Source: Lama glama (taxonomy: Eukaryota). Taken from it: a stretch of DNA of 64,000 nt. Below, one piece after another: positions 63,374-64,000 of this stretch (position 1 is its first letter; every line of letters starts with the position of its first letter). The notes below the pieces were generated by a model, which did no database searches, had not been told where the DNA came from, and was given only the letters and a program-made list of their open reading frames with translations. The translations under genes and the position numbers were made by a program. The stretch lies in contig CM052817.1 in the NCBI GenBank assembly GCA_028534125.1, positions 6,202,001 to 6,266,000 of the forward strand, in the 5' to 3' direction.

Positions 63374-63829
63374 CTAAACTGGAGAAATGATATTGACTAG
63401 CAAAGGTCATATTAAGAAAAGAATCAAAAAACTTTGCATCATCCTATACAAGAAAAGAGTCTGCACTCATATTTGCAAATGAATCATTCTGGATTTATTT
63501 TTTTAAATTGGGGAGTTTATTCCCTCTGGTGGAGGATTCCAAAGATTTGTTGCATACATAAGCCTTTTACACTAGTTATTGACACCAGCCACCTGGCAGT
63601 AATTTATTTTAAGTGTCAAAAGTTCCTACAAACACACCATATTATCAGTGTAAATATGTCCTAGCTTTAGCTTTTAGAGGTGGACACATTTTAGGTCATG
63701 CAAACCCAAGTCAAGTTTAGAAACTAGTTATATATATTCCATTCCAAGTGTCACCTCTATAAATAGAATTCAGAACATTAAGGGCATTTCTAGAACAATG
63801 CCAATAGCCCACATTATTCCTCCACTCAG

Positions 63830-63955
63830 GAATCATTTGATCAACAAATATATTGATCATCTCCTATGCACTAGGCATTCGCCAGGGGATTGGATATGGA
63901 GATGTTATCAGATAGACACACACCTTTACTGACAAGGAATGGACAGTTTATTAAG
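63830..63955 (-). mobile_element. L2 3' terminus
   Basis: tcatttgatcaacaaatatattgatcatctcctatgcactaggca...ggggattggatat. Confidence 0.65.
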
Positions 63956-64000
63956 ATAGTTTTAAAATTAGATATGGGATCTCTTTTGGCTAATAAAGGT

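Noticed and set aside
1..64000. A novel multi-gene system, CRISPR array or operon
   Set aside because: Eukaryotic repeat-rich DNA with no repeat-spacer array and no credible non-TE coding sequence.

Overview
This is mammalian genomic DNA, probably camelid (alpaca, vicuna or camel). That call rests on two tRNA-Ala-derived SINEs resembling the camelid Vic-1 family and a recurring young L1 3' UTR. I found no recognisable host protein-coding gene, RNA gene or CpG island, so the window reads as intergenic or intronic. It is dominated by transposable elements: young and old L1 fragments, HAL1, L2, MIR, MaLR/ERVL/ERV1 LTRs, a decayed ERVL integrase region and hAT-Charlie MITEs, plus microsatellites and two assembly gaps. 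The only supplied ORFs I could assign to a known protein family are L1 ORF2 remnants; the ERVL integrase motifs I read directly from the sequence. I did not find a new biological system. The best signals concern insertion mechanism: two twin-primed (5'-inverted) L1s, a tailless and TSD-less L1 patch, a short 3' transduction, and small templated duplications. There are also a few weak enhancer and micro-exon candidates. Repeat family names come from recalled consensus sequences, and boundaries are approximate unless a TSD is given.
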